Part shown: positions 18,519-30,558 of the stretch, piece after piece
How positions within the stretch are numbered: position 1 is the first letter of the stretch
How the letters are laid out: each line of letters begins with the position of its first letter
Origin: the human T2T-CHM13v2.0 reference genome, Homo sapiens
Direction: 5' to 3' (one strand)
DNA length: 64,000 nucleotides
Assembly (NCBI RefSeq): GCF_009914755.1
Contig: NC_060925.1
Translations under genes and position numbers: made by a program
Notes under the pieces: generated by a model
What the model saw: only the letters and a program-made list of their open reading frames with translations
Told to the model about the DNA's origin: nothing
Database searches by the model: none

Positions 18519-18581
18519 GTCCGTGACGAGAAGTTATTACCGAGGCGCGGCCGGGGCTCTCCTCGTCTATGATATCACCAG
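18519..18581 (+). CDS. RAB4A: RAB4A coding exon 4 (63 nt; RSVTRSYYRGAAGALLVYDIT)
   Basis: ttccag| and |gtaatg; RabF motifs YYRGA and LVYDIT; phase 2-2. Confidence 0.97.
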
Positions 18582-18929
18582 GTAATGCCAGCTCCCCCTG
18601 GTGAAGGAGGGTGCTCAGTGCCCTGCAGCCCAAAGGCTGGTCTTGGCGAGGTGCCCTCCGTGCAGTGTGTGCTTTGTGTGTCCAGGGACGGTGGTGTGGC
18701 TGGCATCCAGGAAGCCCCTTAGCCCTTCCATCTGGGGTCTCAGAGGTCTTTGAACGAGCCCCTACCACTGCTTTCCCCTGCAGAGAAATGTGTTTGTAAG
18801 GTTTTAGGTGGATAAAGCAATCCATGCTATTACATTACATTTCTTGACATGATGCTTGGACACTTTCCTTAAGGTTCACAAAGCTTTATGTATGGAAAGT
18901 TATTAGAAGTGAGTTGAGAGAGGGTGAGG

Positions 18930-19135
18930 ACACAGACTCTGGGCTGAGATTGCTGGGTTCAAATCCCAGTTGCAGTCACTAGCTGATTGACCCTCTCAGG
19001 CCAGGTGCTTCAGCTGCCTGGGCCTTAGTTTCCTTGTCTGTAAGATGGAGATAGTAATAATCACATGATCCTCAGGAGGTTATTGGGAGGTTTAAATTAG
19101 TTAATGTGAAGCAGTTAGTAGCTGTTTGTGACATA
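18930..19135 (+). mobile_element. MIR
   Basis: gggttcaaatcccag...ccttagtttccttgtctgtaagatggagatagtaat core. Confidence 0.8.
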
Positions 19136-19149
19136 TGGCAATTTAACTG

Positions 19150-19288
19150 AAATAAAAAATTCTGTTCCTCGATTGCACTGGCCACATTTCAGGTCCTCAG
19201 TAGCTACATGTGGCTGGTGACTACCATATCAGGACAGATTATAGAACATTCCTATCCATGAGGAAATCACATTCAGCAGTGCTGATCT
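19150..19288. mobile_element. MER3/MER33 (hAT-Charlie) fragment
   Basis: gccacatttcagg...tagctacatgtggctggtgactacc signature. Confidence 0.7.
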
Positions 19289-19589
19289 CAGTAGCACTGT
19301 CTTAGAAATGTGTCATCTAAATGGCATCATCTGGGGGCCCTTTCTGGGTAGGAACCTGTCCAGTGAGAGGATGTCACTCAGCAGCCGCTTCCCTCTTCCA
19401 ATCTGTGTCCCGGGAGCCAGGCGTTCTGAGAGGAGGAAGGCAGTTTCTGGCCCAGCCCTTCCTGCACTTGCCCAGGCAGTGAAAGGCTCAGCCTGCTAAA
19501 ATGTGAAGTCATCAATCAGGCTAGCAAAGTGCCATGAGAAGAACTCAATCCTTAGACACATGAGGGCCAAAAATAGTAAGTCTGAGAGT

Positions 19590-19805
19590 TGGTCCTGGAG
19601 TCAGACAGAGCTGGTCAAGTCCTGACTTTGCCACTGGCTGCTGTATGACCTAGGGCAACGTAATTAATCTCTCTGGGCCTTGGATTTCTCAGAGAAAAGG
19701 GGAATAATGGCAGTCTGTGTCATGGAATCCTTATAAAGAATCAATGTGATAAAGTCCTGTAAAACAAAGTGCTGGCACATTGCAAGGATTCATTAAGTGG
19801 CAGCA
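19590..19805 (+). mobile_element. MIR
   Basis: ctggagtcagacag...tgacctagggcaac...ctctctgggccttgg core. Confidence 0.75.
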
Positions 19806-20152
19806 ATTAGCTATGAAATCTTGCCTACCAGAGTCTAGTGCCTTGCGCATGCTAAGAGCTCAATAGATATTTGTCAATTGAATGAAGGAACATCTCTTTC
19901 CTTTTGCCCCATGACTGGGCAAACGAAAAATAACAAAATATCTCACTTGCTGTCTCATTTTACCAGAAACAAAATGGAACAAACTGTGGGTATGGTATAT
20001 ACTTGGTGCATTCACGTTGTCTGAGTTATCTTAAAGGTGTTGGTGCCATTACCCTGAAATGTTGAAAAGCGGTATGAGTAGTGAGAATGACTGGAAAGAG
20101 TTGCTAGTTTTATAAAATACATGTATTATTTTCACAATCTTATATTACGCAG

Positions 20153-20307
20153 CCGAGAAACCTACAATGCGCTTACTAATTGGTTAACAGATGCCCGAAT
20201 GCTAGCGAGCCAGAACATTGTGATCATCCTTTGTGGAAACAAGAAGGACCTGGATGCAGATCGTGAAGTTACCTTCTTAGAAGCCTCCAGATTTGCTCAA
20301 GAAAATG
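20153..20307 (+). CDS. RAB4A: RAB4A coding exon 5 (155 nt; [53 protein letters not shown]4 NKxD); GC donor
   Basis: tacgcag| acceptor; joining to exon 6 (G|AG = Glu) requires the donor ATG|GCAAGT; overlaps track ORF 20121..20315. Confidence 0.95.
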
Positions 20308-21647
20308 GCAAGTGACCTTTTACTTCTTACTATTTTTCAAATCGCATATTTGAGGATAATAGCATTTCTTTGAATTTAAAACATATATTGGAATTTCAAG
20401 ATTAAACTAGATTTAGGAAATGTGGAATTTCCAATTGTTTTTTTCTATAAATTAGACCTATTAAGCATATTTTTAGTATATTGCATTCTGCCTGCAGAAG
20501 TTACTATAATGATAAAAGCAAATGTAGTAACATTATGTAATGACTTTTCAGTCTAGGGTCTTTGAATATTAGAGATCTTGGGCTAAAGTGAAATTAATAA
20601 TATTTAAAGACTCTAACCAAATGATGTCATTATTTTTTAATGTATTTTGAAGGAAATTTGGTGAAATATTAACCCAAATAGAAAGGGAAGCGGAAGAAGA
20701 AATACTTGGCTTTTTGGCTTCATTTTAAGTCATTTGGTTATAGACAACTTTGAAACTTTTTTGAATTTCCATATAGAATACATGAAAATGCCACATAAAA
20801 TTAATGGTTGCTTAATTAATGGATAAGAGAATGATTTTTTAAAACTTCAGACATTTTAAATAACTTTAATTTTTAGAACCAAAAACTAGAATCCTAATAT
20901 CAATATTTGGACTCTAAGATTCCAAATTATATTGTAACTTGACTAGTTTCTTGCTAAGAAAATAAACATGAGAGAAATCCATATGCCATCATGACAGTTT
21001 TTAAAAAGCTGTTTAGAAATCAGAAGTTTAGAATGTTAACAAAGATGAAAAGGAATTTAGATGTCATCTAAACTCATTTTTACAAGTGAGGATACAAGAG
21101 GCTAGAGAGGCCATGGTTTGCTGAGAGAGCAAGCAGAACAGGCCTTTCTGCTGAGATGAACAGCCACTCTGGTGGGTAGAAAGAGTATTAATTCCTATAC
21201 TGTCTCTTCATGGGCTGTATGACAGATTGCAATATAGTCCCCTAAAAAGTGTAAACACTTGTAGGTCATATTTGTGGTGACACTCAGATTGTTTGAAGAA
21301 GGACATTGCAACTTTCCCTGAAATCAATGGCAGGGCCATTTTGGCAAGCCAGCTCCTTTCTGATGGGCTGTCATTTGGCTGGGGAAGCCTGGTTGCTTGC
21401 TCAGCCCCTTCACCAGGTTAAGTGCTAGCACAAGATAGCAGTTACTTTTCAGAAAAGGCTAAAATTCTTTTAACATTTAAAAAACACATAATGACATATA
21501 TTGATTTTATATTTACAGAAATATATGGTTTTAGGTCATAAATTATATTTCGTCTGCTTTTCTAAGAGAATGCTACACAGGCTTTTGTAAGTGAAAATTA
21601 TGATCATCTTCTAAACATGACTTTATTTTGTTTGATGTCCATTTTAG

Positions 21648-21743
21648 AGCTGATGTTTTTGGAAACAAGTGCGCTCACAGGGGAGAATGTAGAAGAGGCT
21701 TTTGTACAGTGTGCAAGAAAAATACTTAACAAAATCGAATCAG
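21648..21743 (+). CDS. RAB4A: RAB4A coding exon 6 (96 nt; [33 protein letters not shown]5 ETSA)
   Basis: ttttag| and CAG|gtaaaa; ETSA motif. Confidence 0.97.
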
Positions 21744-22354
21744 GTAAAAGCCTTTCCATTAAGCAACTTTTCTTCTGCATATTTTACACTGTAGCTCAGT
21801 AGATCACCTTTTAATTAATAGTTTCAGGGTGATTTAGTAAAGAATGTTCTCTCTCTACCTGCCAACCTAAAATCATCACATATGGGTTCAAAGGTCCTGT
21901 TCTTATCAGGATGAAAGCCCCGTCCTTATCAGGATGGTTTCCATGGTGATGAAAGTGGATGGGCACACCAGCTCAGCTGTGGAAAGGTAGTCAAGGTTTC
22001 AGGGAGTGTTTGCATTTAGAACCATAGTCTTTCTTTGGTCCTTCACTAAACGGAGGAAGAATAGGCCTTTGTCCACTCTGTCAACAGCACGCTAATTCTG
22101 TTGGGCCAGTGGTCATGTGTAAGGGAGTTATAGGTACATGGTATAGTGTTGATTGTTGCAGATCGGGCATCATGGAACTATGGAGTCCAGAGTAATTTTA
22201 TTTCTGAAGCTTACTGAGCATGCCTCAATTATAAAATGCCTCATTTTTGTATTTGCTTATTAAAATAATTTAAAATAATCCTAATGTAGGCAGCTGACGA
22301 AATACTGTGTAGTTGTCATTTACTAAAGTAACTATATATGGGCATCACCTTTTA

Positions 22355-23950
22355 ATTGATTCATTCAAACATCTGAGTGCCTATTTGTCAGATGCTGGGA
22401 TACAAAAATGAATAAATCACACCCCTTGCCCCCCAAGAAACTGTCTTTCATGGGAGACAGTCAGAGGATAATTATAATATCACAAGGCTGATGTAGTAGC
22501 TGAGAGATGCACAGGCTCAGGGTAACGTGAAGAAGGGGACCTGCCCCAGCCAGAGGATAGAGGAGGTGTCAGGGAGGGCTTTCAGGGGAGGTCTTAGATG
22601 AGCTCAGTCTTTCAGAATATAAGGAAGAGTGAGCCAGCAAAGGGAGTGAGGAAGAGGGAATAGCAGGAGAAAAGGTTGAAGAAAGGCAGGAGCCAGCCAG
22701 TCCTCATCAAGGATCTAGAACTTTATCTTGTAGATTACCAATTGTCAACCCTGGATGAGCACTAGAGACACTGAGATGCATTAAAAGTTCTAATCCCAGG
22801 CTCTGCCTCTGGAGATGCTGAACTAATTGGGCTGAAGTATGGTCGAGGCACCAGTGTTTTTAAATGTTTACTCATGCTGTTCTAATGTTCATCCAAGATT
22901 GAGAACCACTGCTGTAGGTGGTGGGTTGTCAGCAGGTGGGTGATGTGATTGGGTTGTGACTTGAGATAAGTCATGTATGTAGGAGGTTATGTTGAAAACA
23001 AACTGAAGGGAGGACAGGCCTGGAGGCCAGGATACCAATTATAAGGCATTTTTGAGTAATCCTAGTAAGAGATGACTGATTAATGCTTTAACAAGGATAT
23101 GGAAGCAGAGATGGAGAGAGAGATGGATCTAAGATATATTTAGGCAGTAGCATCTTATGACTCATATGCCCAATAGTGGGACAGGACAACTGACTCTTAG
23201 GTGGGACAAGGTGAGGAGGAAGGGCCAGCAGGGGAGGAGGAACCAAGGATGACTCGCAGCTGTCACACTGGTGTCTCTAGACAGAGATGGGGTGGAGCCA
23301 GAGGAGAAGCAGGGAATGTGAGGGAGTAAAGATGGCTCTGTTGCAAATGTGCGGCCTTTGCGGTAACGCTGAGACATGAACATGGAGTTATCTAGTAAGC
23401 TTGGGGAAGAGTTCCTGGCTGGCAGTATAAGTTTGGGAACCATCAATATATAGGAACAGCTAAAACTGTGGAAGCAATGTGATCGTCCGGAGAACAGTGT
23501 TTAAGGAGAGCAGTGATCAACAGAACCCTGGAGTTGGAGGATGAGCAGAGGAAGAGGAATCTACAAAAAAGATGAAAAAGGAAATGGTCGGAAATGTGTG
23601 AAGAAAATCAAGGGAATGTGGGTGTCACTTAAGCCCTAATTATAAGCAAATCAAAGGAGTGTTCATTATGTAATGTAATAGTAACAGAGGGAAGCCTCAT
23701 AAGCTAAGACTGAGCTGAAAAACACACATTGGGATGGGGAATAGAAAGTCAATCATTTTGATCAAGAACAATTTCAGCAGAATTATGAAGGTAGAAGATG
23801 GCTGGCCGTCCGTTAGGAAGAAGTAGGAGGTGAGCAAGCAGAGTGTCCACTCCTCTCCTGAGGAAGCACAGGCTGGCACTGTAGGGTGCAAAGGGTTAAT
23901 TTAAAGCTGGGGTTGTGGGTGATGGGAGAAATTCCAGCATGTTTAAATGC
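22355..23950 (-). mobile_element. L2 fragments interrupted by MER5
   Basis: attcattcaaacatctgagtgcct L2 3' end (antisense) followed by purine-rich L2 body. Confidence 0.7.
22740..22912. mobile_element. MER5A/B DNA transposon
   Basis: Ends ...aagattgagaaccactg, with typical internal text. Confidence 0.75.
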
Positions 23951-24595
23951 TGAGGGGGAAGGAGAGAAGAATGGGCAAGGAGAGGGCAGGGAAGAAGGAG
24001 GGTGCTAGGTGAAGTAGGAGGGAGGAGAGTCGGGCCCAGGTAGAAGGGCTGGGTTTCAACAGAAGTGGACATGTCATCTTTTTGTATTTTTTTTTATCAG
24101 AAAGAAAAAAAAATTACTAAGCTTGGTACAAAAACCAAGACACTGTTACATAAATCCTTACAGTTGGCTTACTGTTGAGTATTATTAAGCTCAGCATGAG
24201 GTTGTATTTACATGACCTTGCTATTTTAATATTGTATCCCTGAATGCATCAGATAGAACAACTCATATGCAGTCTTCCAAGATGTGTTTTTTTCTGAGAT
24301 CATCAAAATCATAAGTACCTCTAGGTGAAAAAAATATAAGAGTATAAATTAGGATTCTTCAGCAGTACTTTTTATTTTTTTAATGGGTAATACATTCAGA
24401 AACCATTGTTTTCTTCCCTTTTTTTATATAAAATGTATCATATGATAGACTACCACGCCTTGCTTTTTTACTTACTATTGTATAACCTACAAATCATTAC
24501 AAATCAGCTTATAGTTTCCGTATATACATATAATACATAAGGTACATATATATAACATAATGTCATACATAATGTGTGTGTGTAATGTGTAATAT

Positions 24596-24810
24596 GGGTT
24601 GAGTATCCCTAATCCAAAATGTTCCAAAATCTGAAACTTTTTAATTGCCAACATTGCCACTGAAAGGAAATGCTCATTGGAGCACTTCAAATTTCAGATT
24701 TTCAGATTAGGGATGCTGAACTGGTAAGTATAATGGAAATATTTCAAAATCTGAAAAAATCCAAAATACTTCTGGTTTCAAGTATTTTGGATAAGGACTG
24801 CTCAACCTAT
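24596..24810. mobile_element. Tigger4a/MER46-type MITE
   Basis: Terminal inverted repeats ggttgagtatccctaatccaaaat ... attttggataaggactgctcaacc. Confidence 0.8.
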
Positions 24811-24921
24811 ATTTGGATAAGGACCGCTCAACCTATGTGTTACCATAATTCATGAGCCAGTCTACTTTGGACATTTGGGTTGTTGCCAGTATTTTGCTAT
24901 TATAAGTAATGTTACAGTAAA

Positions 24922-24925
<4 letters not shown>

Positions 24926-24984
<59 letters not shown>

Positions 24985-24988
24985 TTTA
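24926..24988. repeat. (TA)n microsatellite plus poly-T
   Basis: About 25 TA units seen directly. Confidence 0.98.
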
Positions 24989-25523
24989 CATGTGCATGAG
25001 TCTGTGTGTCAGACAAATGCCCAGAAGTGGAATTGCTGGGTCAGAGAACATAAGCATTTGGGATCTTGGTGTAGAGGCTGTCACATTTTCTCCTAGTGAT
25101 GGGCTTATTTCACTAAAGCCATGTCCACAGCATGTAGTATCATCATACTTGGACTTTTGGCCCATCTAATAAGTGAAAAATTATATCTTTGTAATTTAAT
25201 TTTAAATTATTTTATATAAATAATGTATTCACATAATTTGAAATTCAAGAAGTATAAAAGAGTATGCAATGAAAAGTCCCCCTGTTACCACCCCCTCCTG
25301 TCCTCAGCCATCTAGAACTCCTCCGAATCAGCCGTTCCTTATGTATCCTGCTAGAGATGTTTTGTGCCGGTGCAAGCAAACATATATATAGTTTTTTCCC
25401 TTTATTCAGAATGGTGGGATATATACACAGTGTTCTGTACTTTGCTTTTTTTTTTTTTAATCTATTTTTGGAATCAAAGAAACATAAAAGCCTTTTTTAA
25501 AAGAAGACTTGCTTGGTCCTTAG

Positions 25524-25639
25524 GTGAGCTGGACCCAGAAAGAATGGGCTCAGGTATTCAGTACGGAGATGCTGCCTTGAGACAGCTGAGGTCACCGCGG
25601 CGCGCACAGGCCCCGAACGCTCAGGAGTGTGGTTGTTAG
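25524..25639 (+). CDS. RAB4A: RAB4A last coding exon 7 ([38 protein letters not shown]); exon continues to 25651
   Basis: ccttag| acceptor; C-terminal CxC geranylgeranylation motif; TAG at 25637-25639; donor CAG|gtgggt after 25651. Confidence 0.97.
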
Positions 25640-25750
25640 GAGAGCACACAGGTGGGTTTGGACACCTCCCTGCCCTGAGTTCCTGGCAAGCTCAAGTGCA
25701 GAGGCCTGTTAAAGCTTTGGGAAGCTGCAGTATGAAAAAGAGAGGATCCC

Positions 25751-26034
25751 AGCCGGGTGCAGTGGCTCTAATTCCAGCACTTTGGGAGGCTGAGGTGGGC
25801 CAGTTGCTTTAGTTCAGGAGTTCGAGACCAGCCTAGGCATCATGGTGAAACATCATCTCTACAAAATACAAAAAATTAGCCAGGCGTGGTGGCGTGCACC
25901 TGTAGTCCCAGCTACTCATGAAACTTAGGAGAATTGCTTGAGCCTGGGAGGCGGAGGTTGCAGTAAGCCAAGATCATACCACTGCACTCCAGCCTGGGCG
26001 ATAAAGTGAGAACTGTCTCAGAAAAAAAAAAAAG
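25751..26034 (+). mobile_element. Alu in RAB4A intron 7
   Basis: Sense Alu with A tail. Confidence 0.93.
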
Positions 26035-27040
26035 AGAAGGAGAAGAACCCATAAGTTAAAGTTGGATGTTCTAACTGAAAGAATTTATACTCTATAGGAA
26101 ATTCTTATGCTCTTGTTCAGAAAGAAAGGAAGGGCAGGTGGTGGTTGATGGGAAGGGTGAGATATCCTGATTCCTTATGTCAGTGAGGAGCCCTTCCTGG
26201 ATTGATTGAGGTCTAAATGAATGTGCCTTTTGCTAAAACAGGAGGCCTATTTATAAAATTGACAAATGTCTCCCTTTAACTTTTTAAAGCTTCTTCTTTT
26301 TTCCCATTTACCACAGTGGACGTTTTATTTATAGTCGACATCATGTAGTAGGCACAGGCAAGTGTTAAAAGACAAGATATTCACGAATTCTCTTTTAGGC
26401 TTTAAGCTGTATTTACTTTTGCATTTATAGTTATGCAGATTTTGAAATTGTTCTTAATATTTTTTAGGTGTTCATACAGTGGCATTTGGGACACAATCGT
26501 TGGAACCTGAAGAATCTGAAGTTTTTTTTACCACCATCTTTTTCTACTCTGTAAGGAAGTAGATCTTTATGGGGAAAAGAGAATTTGGGGTGTTCTGCAA
26601 GCCAGTCAAAGTGGCACAGCAAATCATATAAATCGAATTAAATGGACAACACCGTTAGATGTGTATGTAAAAATTTTCTGTTTCATATTTTTCCTTTCAC
26701 TTTCGGTTTAAAACATGCTATATGTACTGTATGTCCTGTAGCCCAGTGCGGCTCCACAGCATGGAATCTGATGTATGATATGATAGAATGTGGCACTAAA
26801 TGCAGTTTCAGATTTTATTTTTTTTAATCATATGAACTAAAATTGTCAATTGTGAGGTGTGCTTTTCTCATCATGTTGGTTATATTGCACAATTGGTTAT
26901 ATTTATGACCTGATATTCAAAGACTCTGGCATTGATAGCCAGTGTGTTTTCTTATTTAACTCCGTTTACTACATTCTACATGGTGTTTACGTGATCCACA
27001 CTTGAAATACTAGATCAGTAGACATTCACTAATATACCAA

Positions 27041-27046
27041 AATAAA
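27041..27046 (+). terminator. candidate proximal poly(A) signal of RAB4A
   Basis: AATAAA followed by T/GT-rich sequence, ~570 nt into exon 8. Confidence 0.6.
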
Positions 27047-27796
27047 ATGAAAAATTGAGTTTTTCCGTGAACTTTATACTGTCCAGCTCTGTTGATTTTA
27101 AAGCTTCTTCATCCAGGTCAGTTCAGGAAGTATATCTGGAGTACCTGCTCTGTTTTTGGCTGTGAGACTAGCACTAAGGATTCTGGTACCTTTACCCAAA
27201 CCTACTGGGCTACTAATACTTCTCTCAGCAGTTGATCAAATACAATAGACCATGTAAGCTGGGGCCGCTCATCCACTTCCAGTTTGCTGGTCTCCCTGCT
27301 AGAAAACACATTGTACTGTGCTTTTTCTGGAATTCAGTATAATGGCATCACTGCCTGTTTTTCACATCTTTTGTTTCCTGTTCATTTTAAGGAAACCTAC
27401 TAAATCCAGTTAATATTAAATGGACACCACTCATTAAGAAATTTCTTTATGGCTTCTGCTGAATACTTAAATGCCTTACTACAGTTATCCAGTTGACATG
27501 TTTTTAATTCATATAAGGTATATTGGGTATATTGAAGTATATATTGTATTACAAAGACTTGTTCTTGTATTTTAAAATGTCAGTGCAAAAAATATATGGT
27601 GGAACCTTTCTTTAAAGTTGAAATGCAGTATTATTTAAATCTGAAAGGTTAAAAAGCTTTCTTCACCTTATATATGTTCTTCCACTGTGACTTTTTAGTT
27701 GAAGACTAGTAAATTAACTTTTAGTTAGAAGATGCCTACTGCTTTTGTTGTTTATTTTAATCAGCAGAGCACAGAGACACATAAAAACTCTGGGAA

Positions 27797-27988
27797 ATGA
27801 CTAGGATAAAAATATCAGTATGTATCTGTTTTAGATATTTTGAGTTTTGCTTTTTTTATGCCTTGAATATTTTATTTCAAAAAGTATCTGAAGCAAATTC
27901 TCAGACTGAACTACTTCTTAGACCTCACTGTAAGAATATTTTATTCAATGTCTCATTTATGATAGATTTGCAAGCTGCTCATTTTTGA
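27797..27988 (+). CDS. SPHAR: SPHAR (S-phase response) 63-aa intronless ORF nested in the RAB4A 3'UTR; protein-coding status doubtful
   Basis: ATG-initiated ORF MTRIKISVCICFRYFEF...LQAAHF matches my recollection of the annotated SPHAR protein; no domain recognisable. Confidence 0.7.
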   Translation: MTRIKISVCICFRYFEFCFFYALNILFQKVSEANSQTELLLRPHCKNILFNVSFMIDLQAAHF

Positions 27989-28142
27989 ACAGCTTTTTGC
28001 ATGGGATAGGAGCATGTCTATTCTAACACATCAGCTTATTCAAAAGCAAGAATTTTAAAAATAAGATAAATGTAAAGTTGTTTTATAAACGATCCTGTTA
28101 ATTAAACCACAGACACCATATATCCTTCTGCATCCTTTGGCC

Positions 28143-28148
28143 AATAAA
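28143..28148 (+). terminator. candidate distal poly(A) signal of RAB4A/SPHAR
   Basis: AATAAA with a downstream GT-rich element (ggtggttctt). Confidence 0.7.
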
Positions 28149-29005
28149 AGTTGCTGGAGAACCAAACCATGGTGGTTCTTAATCAGGCTTTGCCTTTAGG
28201 GAGAATGAGGAGGAGAGATAATTGGGTATTGTTCAGGCTAGTAATAAATGTCATGTTTCTATTTCCCGCAACTCATTAAGTTTTCAGGAAGCTCTTAATT
28301 TAGATTTCTAGGAAAGTAATTATTCAGTCTTCCTAGAAAAAGATTATAAAGACCATTTAAACTGGAGATTGTAATTTATTCTTTTACAGTCCAGCATTTA
28401 AGTGAAAATGAGAACATCACAATTTGGGAATCTGTAATGGTTTTGTTGAAAACATTACTTGTGGCTTGTATAAGAGTGGCTGAATTCAAGAACATTGATT
28501 CTTAGCAGATCAATAATAGTATTTAAAGAATCTGATGCTAAAATTAGAAACCTAAATGATTTGTAATTTGTACTGTGACACAGCAGATGATGTTTCCTTA
28601 TTTTCTGACATCTTTTTATGTTTTTGGAGAGGCACATTAGAGGTGCTTTAAAAAAAACCTGTGAATTTTTAATATTTTGTGGTGCCATTTGTGAAGCACC
28701 TCTTTCCTGATCCATCTAACTACTCCTGTACGTACAGTCTGAGTTTGTCCCACTTGTTGACTTGGTTACTTCCCTATTGTATTTATTTCTTTAAAGGGTT
28801 GTTTTAGAATTTTAGAGGAATTTATCTGAGAACACAAGATCTACCACTTTCAGTAGGACAAGTGACCCAAGTTGTTGGTCACCAGCCTCAAAGTTTAGAA
28901 AACACTACCTACTACCTACTGATAGAAAATAATGTGGTTAGGGAATCTGTTTTTTTCTTTTAAAAGAGCATTTATGTACTTTTTTCCTTCATATATCCCC
29001 CTCAT

Positions 29006-29178
<173 letters not shown>

Positions 29179-29420
29179 TAATATAATATAAATATAAATT
29201 TATATTATGAATTATATAGATTCTCCCTTTATATACTTATAAATTTTTTATAACAGATTTTCAAATGTAGAGAAAAATAGCCTAATGAACCACTATATCA
29301 GCCAGCTTTAACAATTGCCTACATTTTGCGATCTTGTTTTCTTTATCTTTACCCAGCGTTTTCATACTATGGTACTTGAAAACATCCGAGGCATCTGTCA
29401 TTTCACCCAAAAATACTCAG

Positions 29421-29738
<318 letters not shown>

Positions 29739-30194
29739 TCAGTATGCATCTTTGACAATAGCATTTTCTAAAAATTTTATGAAATTTCCATACCATTGGG
29801 AACTTAACAAAGCCAAGGCTATTTATGTTTTTCATATCTTGCAATCATATAAAGTTGGTTTTCTGATATGTGCTAAAACAGCAAAATGTGTCTTTCGTGA
29901 AGCATTGGAGACAGTGACTTCCCAGCATGTGTCCAGTTGTACAGAAGTGCTATTCCCTGGCCCAGGGGCAGTTGTACCTTTAGCAGGGACACCAGGACCA
30001 TCAGCCTGCTATACATAGCCAGCATGGCTTTGGAGGGCTGGTACCCCTTGTTGTACTGGTTTTAAAACACTCCTGCCAATGTAGTAACATGAGGCATATT
30101 TACTTTAAATCATCTCTACAAATTTGAAGATATCATCTTCAAACTACTCTATTTGAAGAATGTATTTTACTGTAAAGGCAACATTTAACTTTGA

Positions 30195-30558
<364 letters not shown>

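Larger units (their letters stand above)
26468..28170 (+). other. RAB4A: RAB4A terminal exon 8 (non-coding 3'UTR; end approximate)
   Basis: tttttttag|GTG acceptor at 26467/26468; repeat-free AT-rich sequence; AATAAA at 27041, 28143 and 28243. Confidence 0.8.

Noticed and set aside
25364-25523. N-terminal part of the 91-aa ORF ending in ECGC
   Set aside because: Intronic T-rich sequence that happens to be in frame with exon 7; GTG start.
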